A stretch of DNA of 21,203 bases from Promethearchaeota archaeon (GTDB lineage: Archaea; Asgardarchaeota; Odinarchaeia; Odinarchaeales; JBHLKK01): NCBI GenBank assembly GCA_048939465.1, contig JBHLPL010000024.1:1-21203 (forward strand), written 5' to 3'. How positions within the stretch are numbered: position 1 is the first letter of the stretch; each line of letters starts with the position of its first letter. A model generated the notes under the pieces. The model had not been told where the DNA came from. It made no database searches and was given only the letters and a program-made list of their open reading frames with translations. The position numbers and the translations under genes are program-made. Below are positions 8,110 to 17,901 of this stretch, piece by piece.

Positions 8110-9228
8110 ATGAGTAAAATCAGAAGATTAGGGCTGATCGTTAATCCAATTGCAGGACTGGGTGGCAGCGTAGGCCTTAAGGGCACGGATGGCATAGAGA
8201 TCATCAACAAAGCAATAGCCCTTGGTGCCAAACCTGTTGCACCAGACAGAGCAAAAGAGACTCTGGGGGAATTGAGATCCATAAAGGGTATGATTGAACT
8301 TATCACATATCCAGAAGAGATGGGCGAGACGGAGGCGAAGGAATGCGGCTTTGATCCAATCGTCATAGGTGACTTGTCAGCTGACAAGACCACAGCTGAT
8401 GATACCAAGAACGCGGCTAAAGCTATGCAGAAGTTGCCCGTTGATTTGCTTTTGTTTTGCGGGGGTGATGGAACCGCTACAGATATTGTCGACGCCATAG
8501 ACAAGAAAGTACCTATTATTGGAATTCCTGCTGGAGTTAAGATGCATAGCGCTGTTTTTACGACAACACCCACGGCTGCTGCCGAAATCACAATTAGATA
8601 CCTCAAAGAAGGTCTTCCTCTCAGAGAAGAGGAAGTTGTTGATATTGATGAAGTTGCATTCAGAGAAGGAAGGCTTTCTACATCATTAAAAGGATATGCT
8701 CTTGTTCCTTACGAGCCGGTTTATCTACAAGGGGTCAAGGTTGCCAGTCCGATTACGCACGATGACGAACTTGACAAGGAAGCAATTGCAAGAAGAATCG
8801 TTGAGGAGATGGAACCGAATATACTCTATATTTTGGGTCCAGGCACAACTCTCAAAGCCATAACTGATCTCTTAAAAGTAGGGAAAACACCCTTAGGGGT
8901 GGATTTACTTGAAAATAAACAGATTGTTGCAAAAGACGTTAATGAAAAACAGATACTTAAAGCGATAAGTGGAAAGAGCGCTAAGATAATAGTTACTCTC
9001 ATAGGAAATCAAGGTTTTATATTTGGCAGAGGAAATCAACAGATAAGTCCGAAGGTTATCAAAAAAGTTGGGTTAAAGAACATAATTGTTATTGCAACAC
9101 CTTACAAACTCTCAACAACACCTGTTCTGCGAGTAGATACCGGCGACAAAGAACTGGACTCCTCACTTAAAGGATACATGAAGGTGCTTTCGGGCTATAC
9201 TGAGAAAAGGGTATTGAAAGTTCACTAA
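8110..9228 (+). CDS. ATP-NAD kinase-like protein (COG3199/AcoX-type)
   Basis: GLIVNPIAGLGG.VGLKGTDG, GGDGTA, GIPAGVKMHSAVF, LGPGTT and QGFIFGRGNQQISP motifs. Start moved to ATG 8110; the ORF track begins at 8074. Confidence 0.88.
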   Translation: MSKIRRLGLIVNPIAGLGGSVGLKGTDGIEIINKAIALGAKPVAPDRAKETLGELRSIKGMIELITYPEEMGETEAKECGFDPIVIGDLSADKTTADDTKNAAKAMQKLPVDLLLFCGGDGTATDIVDAIDKKVPIIGIPAGVKMHSAVFTTTPTAAAEITIRYLKEGLPLREEEVVDIDEVAFREGRLSTSLKGYALVPYEPVYLQGVKVASPITHDDELDKEAIARRIVEEMEPNILYILGPGTTLKAITDLLKVGKTPLGVDLLENKQIVAKDVNEKQILKAISGKSAKIIVTLIGNQGFIFGRGNQQISPKVIKKVGLKNIIVIATPYKLSTTPVLRVDTGDKELDSSLKGYMKVLSGYTEKRVLKVH

Positions 9229-9285
9229 ACAAGTTCTGCCTCCGATTTCCAGCAGAACATCAAAAAAAGTGTGTGTGATGTAAGA

Positions 9286-10053
9286 ATGCGATTATTGCCC
9301 ATTAGAACCAGAGTTATTAAACCAGATGATGACATCGTGGAAATATTATTAGATGTGCTGAATCATGATGGCATTGAGCTTGAAGACAAAGATATTCTGG
9401 TTATCGCCGAGACTGCTTTGGGCACAGCGCAAGGAAGATTGGTCAAGCTGGATGAAATAAAACCTTCAAAGCACGCCAAGGAACTTGCAGCAAAATATCA
9501 ATTAGAATCCGAAATTGCTGAGCTAATAATACGTGAAGCTGATACAATACTTGGTGGCATTCCTCATGTCTTACTCACAATCAAGAGCAAAGTATTCATG
9601 GCGAATGCAGGAATTGACAAGAGTAATGCTCCTCTGGGTTATGTCTCTCTGCTTCCAAAAGATCCCACACGTGATGCCAATGAGATAAAGAATAATATAT
9701 TTCAAAGAACCGGAAAGCAGATTGGCGTGATAATCGCAGATAGTCGGACACAACCTCTACGTCTTGGAACAGTTGGACTTTGTATCGGTGTTTCAGGCAT
9801 AGTGCCTGTATCTGATGAGCGAGGTCATCCTGATATCTTTGGAAGACCCCTTCAGATCACGAGGAGGGCTGTGGCAGACAATTTGGCGTCAGCCGCTGAA
9901 GTGTTGATGGGTGAGGCGGACGAAAGGGTTCCTGCTGTCTTGATAAAGAATGCTCCTGTTGAATTTACTGAAGAACTGACTCCGTCCGATTTGATGTACA
10001 TTCCACTTGATGAGTGTATGTATATGGCTGTATTCAAAGATAAAGCACGTTGA
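9286..10053 (+). CDS. cofE: CofE-family gamma-glutamyl ligase (F420-0:glutamate ligase family; possibly a folate FolC2-type enzyme)
   Basis: DILVIAET, MANAGIDKSNA, LLPKDP, GVIIADS...PLR.G, D.FGR.L..T...VADNLASAA.VLMGE.DE..PAVLI. Start moved to ATG 9286. Confidence 0.85.
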   Translation: MRLLPIRTRVIKPDDDIVEILLDVLNHDGIELEDKDILVIAETALGTAQGRLVKLDEIKPSKHAKELAAKYQLESEIAELIIREADTILGGIPHVLLTIKSKVFMANAGIDKSNAPLGYVSLLPKDPTRDANEIKNNIFQRTGKQIGVIIADSRTQPLRLGTVGLCIGVSGIVPVSDERGHPDIFGRPLQITRRAVADNLASAAEVLMGEADERVPAVLIKNAPVEFTEELTPSDLMYIPLDECMYMAVFKDKAR

Positions 10054-10072
10054 GACGCCGCGTGATTAAGAA

Positions 10073-10831
10073 ATGGATTTCAACAACAATCCCAACGTCC
10101 TGTTCCGCGGTAGAGTTTTCTTGAGAACATGGTATCCAAAAATCTTAAAGAAGTTTGGTTATTCTCGAGAAGGAGATATCAGGGCCGAGAAAGTTTTGCA
10201 TAGGCTTCTTGATAAACGGGGACTAACGTTTGATGCTATCAAACCTATTCTTGAGAACAGGACTACAATAATATACGGTGCTGGCCCCTCCCTACCTGAA
10301 GATATTTCAGTGGTTGCCAAAAAACCCGACTCTGGGTTGTTCATTCATGTGGCAGCCGATGGTGCTGCATACGCTTTGCTAGAGCACAACATTCTCCCCC
10401 GCATTGTTGTTACTGATTTAGATGGACTAGACCTAGATATTTTGATTCGATTACACTCATTAGATACCATATTTGCTGTTCATGCCCATGGAGACAACAT
10501 TGATCTCATTGAAAAACTCGTACCCAAGATAGCTGACAAAGTTGTTGGTACAACTCAATCCATACCGTCGGCGCCACTTATCAATACTGGTGGCTTTACA
10601 GACGGAGATCGCGCTGTTTGCTTTGTAGAAGCGGCAAAACCCAGAAGAATACTGCTTGCCGGGATGGACTTTGGCCCGGTAATTGGGAAGTATTCGAAAC
10701 CCTTCCTAGACAAAGATATTGTTGCCCCAACTGTAAAAAGAAAAAAACTGGAGGTTGCCAAGGAAATTGTGGAATGGATAGTTGAGACTACGAGTATACC
10801 AATAACTGATGTCAAAAAAGAAGACTTTTAA
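10073..10831 (+). CDS. mptE: 6-hydroxymethyl-7,8-dihydropterin pyrophosphokinase, archaeal type (DUF115)
   Basis: YGAGPSL, AADGA, VVTDLDG, VHAHGDN, GGFTDGDRA and LAGMDFG motifs. Confidence 0.9.
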   Translation: MDFNNNPNVLFRGRVFLRTWYPKILKKFGYSREGDIRAEKVLHRLLDKRGLTFDAIKPILENRTTIIYGAGPSLPEDISVVAKKPDSGLFIHVAADGAAYALLEHNILPRIVVTDLDGLDLDILIRLHSLDTIFAVHAHGDNIDLIEKLVPKIADKVVGTTQSIPSAPLINTGGFTDGDRAVCFVEAAKPRRILLAGMDFGPVIGKYSKPFLDKDIVAPTVKRKKLEVAKEIVEWIVETTSIPITDVKKEDF

Positions 10832-10877
10832 GAGATTTTTGCTTAACAAAATCTCTATCGGAAAACAAGGTGAAACC

Positions 10878-12974
10878 ATGACTACTCTAATAATCACCGA
10901 AAAACCTACGGCTTGTTCCCGTATTGCGAAGTCTCTAGATGAAACCAAGACTTTGGAGGAACACACCGAAGACGGTGTTACCTTCTTTAAAATATCACGA
11001 GACGGGGAAGACATCTTTTTGGTCTCTGCATTAGGGCATCTTTATAACTTAACTCAAAGGGGGACTGGATGGATCTATCCTACTTTCAATATGACTTGGA
11101 AACCTTCTCATAAGGTGAGCAGGAGGGCTTCCAATACCAAGAATTTCATTGAAGTGATAGAAAGACTGGCAAAGAACGCTTCTATATTCGTAAACGCATG
11201 CGACTACGATTTAGAAGGAAGCCTGATCGGATACTGTATTTTAAGATATGCATGTGGTGGAGACGCCTCAAAGAATGCAAAGAGAATGAGATTCTCAACG
11301 CTTACCAAAGCTGATTTAATCAAAGCATATGAAAACGTATCTCCGCATCTGGATTATAACATGGTTGAAGCAGGAAAAACCCGCCACGAGGTGGATTGGC
11401 TGTTCGGGATAAACCTGACTCGTGCTTTGACCCTGTCATTGAAGAACATATCTGGATACTATCATACTATTGGCACTGGTCGAGTTCAGGGTCCAATTCT
11501 CTCCTTCATTATGAACCGAGAAAGAAAAGTCCGCAGTTTTGTTCCAATTCCATATTGGATAGTGAACGCAGAAGCAACAATTAACGATGAGGTTTTTCTA
11601 TTAGATTATTCCAAAAGCAAGATCTGGATCAAAGATGAAGCGGAAAAAGTGATCGAAGACTGTAGAGATCAGAAGGGTATTATCTCCTCGATAAATAAAA
11701 GAGAATACAAGCAAACCCCCCCCATTCCTTTTAACATAGGTGGGTTACAGATAGTCGCATACAGTCTTTTTGGCTACACACCAAGCAGAACATTAAACAT
11801 TGCCGAGAGATTATACCTCGCCGCATTAATATCCTATCCCCGAACCAGTAGTCAAAAGATTCCCCCTTCAATTAACAGCCGTGAAATTCTAAAGTCGTTG
11901 GCAAGACATCCAGATTATGAGAAACTAGCCAATGAGCTTCTTAAGTTGGAGAATCTTGTTCCCAATCAAGGTAAAAAAGATGATCCTGCACATCCATGCA
12001 TTCATCCTACCGGTAATTTGCCTGAGAAGGACTTGAGTGGACCTGAGAAGAACTTGTATGATCTCATAGTTCGAAGATTTATGGCTATTTTTGGCGAATC
12101 TGCTGTTAAACTAAGCGTCAAAGCCTCCATTGACTTCGGAGAACATACCTTTTCTCTTAAAGGTCGGGAAGTCTTATCACCTGGCTGGCTGAAGTTCTAT
12201 GGACCCTACTCCAGAAGTGACGAAATACTTCTGCCTCCGCTGAGGGAAGGACAGAGACTCTATTTAAGTCATTTACAATCTGATGAGAAATTTACTTCTC
12301 CCCCTTCCAGATATAATCCCAGTTCGCTTCTGAAGCTGATGGAGGAAGAGCAACTCGGAACTAAAGCAACAAGAGCAGGAATAATCGACATACTTTTCAA
12401 GAGAGGCTATATCCGAGGGCAACCTATTATGATAACTGATTTGGGATCTTCCGTTGTGGGTGTATTGGAAAAGCACTGCCCAGACGTTCTATCTCCGGAG
12501 TTGACAAGGGATTTGGAGCGGGATATGGATGACATACAGAATGAGAGAAAGAACAGAACTGATGTCCTTTTGAATACAGTGAATATTCTGAAACCAATCT
12601 TGGAGAAGTTTAAGTCTGAAGAGAGTGAAATAGGGTCCGAATTATCGGACGCATTGCAGAAGCTTTGGAAGCAGCAACGAGTCCTGGGAAGGTGCCCTGT
12701 TTGTGAGACCGGGGAATTAACCATAATTATCTCTAGAAGAACTGGCAAACGTTTTGTAGGCTGTTCTAACTACCGAGAAGGTGGGTGTAATGCGAGCTTT
12801 CCATTACCTCAAAAGGGATCCTTGGAACCTTTAAACAAAGAGTGCCCGCATTGTGGTTATCCCATGGCCCGAGTAATACAAAAAGGTCGCAGACCTTGGA
12901 ATATGTGCGTTAACTGGCTAGAGTGCCCCGGTAGAAAAACCTCTGCCAAGGTGAATAGAAAGGGGAAGAAATAA
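10878..12974 (+). CDS. topA: Type IA DNA topoisomerase, archaeal TopA/Top3-like, with C-terminal zinc ribbons
   Basis: AGGTGA RBS before ATG 10878. TOPRIM motifs IITEKP and NACDYDLEG, GRVQ, catalytic tyrosine in ISYPRT, AHPCIHPT, LGTKATRA, and C-terminal CPVC..C / CPHC..C..C. Confidence 0.96.
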   Translation: MTTLIITEKPTACSRIAKSLDETKTLEEHTEDGVTFFKISRDGEDIFLVSALGHLYNLTQRGTGWIYPTFNMTWKPSHKVSRRASNTKNFIEVIERLAKNASIFVNACDYDLEGSLIGYCILRYACGGDASKNAKRMRFSTLTKADLIKAYENVSPHLDYNMVEAGKTRHEVDWLFGINLTRALTLSLKNISGYYHTIGTGRVQGPILSFIMNRERKVRSFVPIPYWIVNAEATINDEVFLLDYSKSKIWIKDEAEKVIEDCRDQKGIISSINKREYKQTPPIPFNIGGLQIVAYSLFGYTPSRTLNIAERLYLAALISYPRTSSQKIPPSINSREILKSLARHPDYEKLANELLKLENLVPNQGKKDDPAHPCIHPTGNLPEKDLSGPEKNLYDLIVRRFMAIFGESAVKLSVKASIDFGEHTFSLKGREVLSPGWLKFYGPYSRSDEILLPPLREGQRLYLSHLQSDEKFTSPPSRYNPSSLLKLMEEEQLGTKATRAGIIDILFKRGYIRGQPIMITDLGSSVVGVLEKHCPDVLSPELTRDLERDMDDIQNERKNRTDVLLNTVNILKPILEKFKSEESEIGSELSDALQKLWKQQRVLGRCPVCETGELTIIISRRTGKRFVGCSNYREGGCNASFPLPQKGSLEPLNKECPHCGYPMARVIQKGRRPWNMCVNWLECPGRKTSAKVNRKGKK

Positions 12975-13198
12975 TGTCTTGTCCTATTTGTGGTGGAGTG
13001 AGTATCGGAAAGGAAGACTTTTGTGCCAATCATGGATCGGCTTACAAGAATTTGCTTGTTGCGTTCGATGATTGGAAAAAGGCTCTTAAAATTACGTGGA
13101 AAGAGTACCTAGAAAGAATCAGCAAAAATGACAACACCGGACTGTGGGCAAAAGAAGTTGCAGAACACTTATTAAAAAATGATAGAAAAAGCAGGTGA
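12974..13198 (+). CDS. Small putative zinc-binding protein (CxxC-x12-CxxH) translationally coupled to topA
   Basis: TAATG stop/start overlap with topA at 12972-12976. Sequence CPIC...CANH is followed by a Trp-rich helical region. It fills the gap to the convergent atpA. Confidence 0.75.
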   Translation: MSCPICGGVSIGKEDFCANHGSAYKNLLVAFDDWKKALKITWKEYLERISKNDNTGLWAKEVAEHLLKNDRKSR

Positions 13199-13205
13199 AA
13201 CGCTT

Positions 13206-14987
13206 TTAGGCAGCGAGTCGTGAAATCAGCCCACTGAACTGATTGTCGACTTCACTCTCTATCTCGTTGAATGTCTGTTGCATCTTCTTCCTGTCTTCAT
13301 ACGGTATAATCTTCATCCTAGCTATCCTTTCCATAACTGGCAATTCCAAGATGTCTTTGATAGAAACTCCTCTGTCAATCGATCTTATCATACTGTGGTG
13401 AAACTTCAGTATTATTTCTAACATTCTGTACATTTTCTCCATCGGACAGAAGGTGTCTATTGGATGCAGAGCGCTTTGCTGAAGGTAGTCTTCTCTAATT
13501 ATTCGAGCAGATTCTAAAACCAGTCGCTCCGATTCTGGCAGTGCGTCCGGACCTACAAGCTGGACAATCTCTGTGAGTTCCTCTTCCTTTTCTAGGATGG
13601 CCATAGCTTCCTCACGCAGTTCATTCCATCGTTTTCCAATTTTAACGTACCATTTCTGCAGATTCTCGAGGTAGAGTGAATAGCTGGTCAACCAGTTAAT
13701 CGCTGGGAAGTGTCTCCTGTAGGCCAAATCTGTATCCAAACCCCAAAATGTCTTGATTATGCGGAGGGTACTTTGGGTTACAGGCTCGGAAAAGTCTCCA
13801 CCGGGAGGGCTTACCGCCCCCGTCAGTGAAACCGAACCCATTCTTGGCTCTGTTCCCAGCGTCTTGACTCTGCCTGCACGTTCATAGAATTCAGCCAGCC
13901 TACTGCCAAGGTAGGCTGGATATCCTTCCTCACCGGGCATCTCTTCTAATCTTCCTGAAATCTCTCGTAGAGCTTCTGCCCATCTGGATGTTGAATCAGC
14001 CTGAAGTGCAATATCGTATCCCATGTCCCTGAAGTACTCGGCCATGGTAATACCGGTATAGATACTTGCCTCTCGTGCAGCCACAGGCATATTTGACGTA
14101 TTGGCTATCAATACCGTCCTATTCATTAGCGGCTCACCTGATCGCGGATCCTTGTAAGTTGGGAACTTCTCGAGCACTTCCGTCATTTCGTTTCCCCGTT
14201 CTCCACATCCAACGTAGACGATGATTTTTGAATCTGCCCACGCAGCAAGCTGGTGTAGCATAACAGTTTTTCCAGTGCCAAAACCCCCTGGTATTGCTGA
14301 GGTACCTCCTTTGGCTACCGGAAAGAAGGTATCAATAATCCTCTGGCCTGTTATAAGAGGAACCTCTGTGGGTACTTTCTCTTTATAAGGACGTGCGACA
14401 CGAACTGGCCATTCTTGCATCATTTGAATCTCTCTGGCTTTTCCGCCGTTGGTTTTGACTTTTGCAATGGTGTCCAGCACAGTATACTCTCCTTCGGAGG
14501 CGATATCCACGATTTCTCCTGATATAGTGGGGGGAACCATTATTTTGTGCTCTACTAGCGTGGTTTCCGGTACTATTCCGAGTACGTCTCCGGCCTGCAC
14601 CTTGTCGCCTTTGTCGGCTTTTGGAGTGAATTTCCAATTCTTGTCTTTAGATAAAGCAGAAACCGAAATCCCTCTCCGAATGAAATCTCCGCTTGCCTCT
14701 TCCATCGCGGGCAAGGGTCTTTGGATCCCGTCGAATAATTGACCTAGCAGACCGGGTCCAAGCTCCAGGGACAGAGAACTGCCAGTCGCTACAACTTTTT
14801 CACCGGGTCTGATTCCTGCAGTCTCCTCATACACCTGAATAAAACTCATGTCCTCTTCTACTCTGTTAACTTCTCCTATGAGTTCTTCGTTTCCCACTTT
14901 ACAAACTTCATACATTTTTACGCCTGGCATGCCTTTGGCTACAACCAACGGCCCTGTAATCTTAACTATTCTTCCTGCTCGGGGCAT
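13206..14987 (-). CDS. atpA: A/V-type ATP synthase catalytic subunit A (no intein)
   Basis: GGGTGAGG RBS before ATG 14987. Walker [30 protein letters not shown] and [13 protein letters not shown]. Confidence 0.97.
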   Translation of the reverse strand: MPRAGRIVKITGPLVVAKGMPGVKMYEVCKVGNEELIGEVNRVEEDMSFIQVYEETAGIRPGEKVVATGSSLSLELGPGLLGQLFDGIQRPLPAMEEASGDFIRRGISVSALSKDKNWKFTPKADKGDKVQAGDVLGIVPETTLVEHKIMVPPTISGEIVDIASEGEYTVLDTIAKVKTNGGKAREIQMMQEWPVRVARPYKEKVPTEVPLITGQRIIDTFFPVAKGGTSAIPGGFGTGKTVMLHQLAAWADSKIIVYVGCGERGNEMTEVLEKFPTYKDPRSGEPLMNRTVLIANTSNMPVAAREASIYTGITMAEYFRDMGYDIALQADSTSRWAEALREISGRLEEMPGEEGYPAYLGSRLAEFYERAGRVKTLGTEPRMGSVSLTGAVSPPGGDFSEPVTQSTLRIIKTFWGLDTDLAYRRHFPAINWLTSYSLYLENLQKWYVKIGKRWNELREEAMAILEKEEELTEIVQLVGPDALPESERLVLESARIIREDYLQQSALHPIDTFCPMEKMYRMLEIILKFHHSMIRSIDRGVSIKDILELPVMERIARMKIIPYEDRKKMQQTFNEIESEVDNQFSGLISRLAA

Positions 14988-15022
14988 ATTCCTCACCCAT
15001 TTTACTTTCTTAACTATCATGC

Positions 15023-15337
15023 TTACCTTTTCAGATCTATTCCAACCGCTTTTCTAATGAGGTCACGTATAATATCGGTTTCTCCACTCACCGGCCCAAA
15101 TTTATCCGGAATTTCTACTAATATCGGCAGATCCTGCTCTAGGATTCTTCGTATTACATCCCGGACTTGATTTGCAATCTTCTCTGTTATTATGATTAAA
15201 CCGATGTCCTCTGTTTGTGAGAGTTTCTTGATTGTGCTTTCTGCCTCTTGCTTATCGTTTACTATGTAAGCGTCGCTAACTCCAGCAAGCTTCAATCCGA
15301 CAGCCGTATCCGTATCTCCCACCACTACAATTTTCAT
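15023..15337 (-). CDS. atpF: A/V-type ATP synthase subunit F
   Basis: [31 protein letters not shown] and IRKAVG; about 104 aa, directly upstream of subunit A. Confidence 0.93.
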   Translation of the reverse strand: MKIVVVGDTDTAVGLKLAGVSDAYIVNDKQEAESTIKKLSQTEDIGLIIITEKIANQVRDVIRRILEQDLPILVEIPDKFGPVSGETDIIRDLIRKAVGIDLKR

Positions 15338-15987
15338 GATTCGACCTCTTTATCTGCCGCTTGGAACAACACTCCGGCAATAGAAGGTCTAAGCTCTCGC
15401 TTAAACCTATCAAGCAATGCATCAAACGTATTATCAACTTCGATCTTACCATCGGCTGTCCTTACAATGACTCCTCCTGTAGCGTTTACGTTATCCTTGG
15501 ATACGGTCATCGTCGTTGTTTTCTTGGTCTTATTTGTAACCTCATCTGCAATCTTTTTCAGGTTAACTCCTCCTTCAGCGCTTTCACCGGTAAAGGAAAC
15601 CTCTAGACTCCCTCCGTTTAGATTAATTGCGGCATTGAGAATCAAATCCTCTAGGATCTTACCATACTTCGTCTCCTTTGTAAGTTTGGCCAATTTCTTC
15701 TTTGCCTCTTCAAACGCAGTCTCCAGTAATTGTTCCTTGGTTGTAAGAATCCTTCGTTTTGCACGGACCTTGGCCTCAGCCAGTTGCTGCTGTCTAAGAA
15801 GCGCGGCTTCTTCTTCCGCTTGTTTAACACTCTTGGCCATTGCTTCCTTGAGTGTCTCTTGATCTTGTTTAAGGATTCTTTGTCTCTCTTTTCCAACTTC
15901 TTTGATGATTTCCTTTGCTGTTTTTTCCGCATCTTCAATAATCTTCTGTTTAAGATTAGTGGAAGACACACTATTCTTCTTTTTCAT
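15334..15987 (-). CDS. atpE: A/V-type ATP synthase subunit E
   Basis: Long N-terminal coiled coil and C-terminal GGVIV...DG.I.VDNTF motif. GGAG RBS; 4-nt ATGA overlap with atpF. Confidence 0.92.
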   Translation of the reverse strand: MKKKNSVSSTNLKQKIIEDAEKTAKEIIKEVGKERQRILKQDQETLKEAMAKSVKQAEEEAALLRQQQLAEAKVRAKRRILTTKEQLLETAFEEAKKKLAKLTKETKYGKILEDLILNAAINLNGGSLEVSFTGESAEGGVNLKKIADEVTNKTKKTTTMTVSKDNVNATGGVIVRTADGKIEVDNTFDALLDRFKRELRPSIAGVLFQAADKEVES

Positions 15988-16002
15988 AGCTTCGCACTCC
16001 TT

Positions 16003-16323
16003 TTAGCTTCTTCCGGTGAGAATGAAATCAACAATCTTATCCACCGCTTTGTTCATGTGCTTCCGTGCAGTCTCTTCTAGCTCTTCGATCTCCTTATCGT
16101 TTTTCTTAACCAATCTTTTAATTTCCGAATCAGTTGCTCTCTGAGCTTCCTGTCTAATCTCTTCTATCTTCTTTGAAATCTCACTTTCTACCTCTTCTTT
16201 TTGTCTTAGTTTCGCATCATCCCAGTCTGCTCTCTCAGATTTTGCCTTCTCTTGAGCACTGTCAAAGATTTTCTGAGCTTCTTCTTCGGTCTTTCTAATT
16301 TCCTTTATGATTTCAACGGTCAT
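16003..16323 (-). CDS. atpH: A/V-type ATP synthase subunit H (G-like peripheral stalk)
   Basis: EIIKEIRKTEEEA start, 106-aa charged coiled coil ending AVDKIVDFIL, first gene of the ATPase cluster. Confidence 0.82.
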   Translation of the reverse strand: MTVEIIKEIRKTEEEAQKIFDSAQEKAKSERADWDDAKLRQKEEVESEISKKIEEIRQEAQRATDSEIKRLVKKNDKEIEELEETARKHMNKAVDKIVDFILTGRS

Positions 16324-16423
16324 CTGTCATCCGTCCATCAGCCTGTTTTTTGCTCCGTATTGTGCCAAATTAGTCTCTACGTACAGGGCGACTCCTGCGG
16401 ATTTTACTGTATACTAGTTTAAT

Positions 16424-16438
16424 TTATATAAGTTACGG
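16424..16438 (-). promoter_or_regulatory. Candidate BRE-TATA promoter of the atpH-E-F-A cluster
   Basis: Minus-strand CCGTAAC-TTATATAA, about 100 nt upstream of the atpH start, implying a roughly 75-nt leader. Confidence 0.55.
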
Positions 16439-16449
16439 ATATTGTTTCT

Positions 16450-16923
16450 CTACTCTGAGGCAAACTGCTCAATGATATCTTCCTGCTCCATTACACGGGT
16501 GCAGTATCTACACCTCAGTCTAACTGGCTCCTTGCTATCAACTGAAAACTTTGGTTCTACGGGCTCTCCGCTATTGACAATACAACTTGGATTAATACAC
16601 CGTGGAAAACCCTCCAGCTCGTCCGGCAATTCAACTCTTTGCTTATCTACTACCCTGTAATTCCTAACGATGTTTATTGTAGCATTTGGAGCAAGCAAAG
16701 CTATCTTATCGACTTCTTTAGGATCCAGTTCTCGTTCTTCGATTTTGACTATGTCTTTCTTGCCAAATTTCTTGCTGGGTACATTGATTGATATACTAAC
16801 GACATATCCTTCCTTCCCGCTAATCCTCAGAATCTTGAGTACATTTAGGGCATTCCCTGCCGAGATATGATCAATGACAGTGCCTCTTTTTATTTTCCTA
16901 ACCCTCAGTTCTTCCTCTGACAC
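16450..16923 (-). CDS. pyrI: Aspartate carbamoyltransferase regulatory chain
   Basis: AAGGAGG RBS directly after the pyrB stop, then GTG 16923. L.V.KIK.GTVIDHI, KKDIVKIE, APNATINI and Zn ligands CINPSC...CRYC. Confidence 0.95.
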   Translation of the reverse strand: MSEEELRVRKIKRGTVIDHISAGNALNVLKILRISGKEGYVVSISINVPSKKFGKKDIVKIEERELDPKEVDKIALLAPNATINIVRNYRVVDKQRVELPDELEGFPRCINPSCIVNSGEPVEPKFSVDSKEPVRLRCRYCTRVMEQEDIIEQFASE

Positions 16924-16936
16924 GCGAAAAACCTCC

Positions 16937-17857
16937 TTAAGTTCCGCCAAGGATTAATGCAAGCAGCGCCATACGAACAAGAACACCATTCCAAGGTTGT
17001 TTGAAGTAGACTGCGCCTGAGATTCCATCCACCTCGGCATCGATCTCGTCTACTCTGGGGAGCGGATGCATTATAATGACGTCACTTCTCCCGTTCTTCA
17101 AGAGATCCAAATCAATCTTATACGAGCCCCTAACCTTTTCATATTCTGTTGCGTCTGGAATTCTCTCCCTCTGGATGCGCGTAATGTATATCACATCAAC
17201 ATCTTCTATAACCTTCTCAATACGTTCCACTTCCGTTACTTTGACACCCTGTTTTTTGACATCGTCAATTATCTCAGATCTCATTCTCAGTAGCGGGGGT
17301 GAGACCAGGAATAGATTCACATCATACATCGATAAGGCGTAGGACAATGAATGGACAGTACGACCGTACTTTAGGTCACCTACTAGCGCTATACTCAGTC
17401 CATCAATGTCCTTTTTTTCTCTTCGAATCGTCAACAAATCAAGCAATGCTTGAGTGGGATGCTCTTCCGACCCAGAACCGGCATTGATGATCGGAGTCTG
17501 AGAAAGCTCGGATGCCAGTCTTGCTGCCCCCTCTAACGGATGCCTGAGTACAATTACATCTGCATAACTCTCAACGACTCTAATGGTATCACTGAGATTT
17601 TCTCCTTTAACGGCAGACGTTGTACCAGGCTCTGCAAAACCAACTACCCCTCCTCCAAGTCTTTTCATGGCGGTCTCAAAGGAAATCCGAGTTCTGGTGC
17701 TGGGCTCATAGAATAAAGTTGCCAAAATCCTTCCTCTAAGAAGGTCTGATCCCTTCCTAGCAAATTCTTCCATCTTTTCTGCAACATCAAGAATGTGCTC
17801 CACCTCTTCGCGGGTGAAATCGTGAATTGATACCACACTGCGTCCCTCAAAACTCAC
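16937..17857 (-). CDS. pyrB: Aspartate carbamoyltransferase catalytic chain
   Basis: FYEPSTRT, KGE.L.DT, INAG.G..EHPTQ.LLD, GDLKYGRTVHSL and MHPLPR. Start is GTG 17857 or ATG 17866; the longer ORF-track start runs through the promoter. Confidence 0.96.
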   Translation of the reverse strand: MSFEGRSVVSIHDFTREEVEHILDVAEKMEEFARKGSDLLRGRILATLFYEPSTRTRISFETAMKRLGGGVVGFAEPGTTSAVKGENLSDTIRVVESYADVIVLRHPLEGAARLASELSQTPIINAGSGSEEHPTQALLDLLTIRREKKDIDGLSIALVGDLKYGRTVHSLSYALSMYDVNLFLVSPPLLRMRSEIIDDVKKQGVKVTEVERIEKVIEDVDVIYITRIQRERIPDATEYEKVRGSYKIDLDLLKNGRSDVIIMHPLPRVDEIDAEVDGISGAVYFKQPWNGVLVRMALLALILGGT

Positions 17858-17901
17858 CGCACACATCTCCCACCATTTTAGAAAATAATTCCTATATGTT
17901 A

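Noticed and set aside
10809-10877. N-terminal extension of TopA overlapping mptE
   Set aside because: An AGGTGA RBS precedes ATG 10878, where the TOPRIM domain (LIITEKP) begins.
14988-15020. 11-aa extension of AtpA
   Set aside because: It encodes the GGGTGAGG RBS of ATG 14987.
15248-16080. Several antisense or alternative-frame ORFs of up to 204 aa over atpE/atpH
   Set aside because: These are shadow ORFs of low-complexity coiled-coil coding sequence, with no RBS or motifs. The same applies to the other antisense ORFs nested in ggt, the reductase, folP, gcvT, the kinase, topA, atpA, pyrB and the ABC genes.
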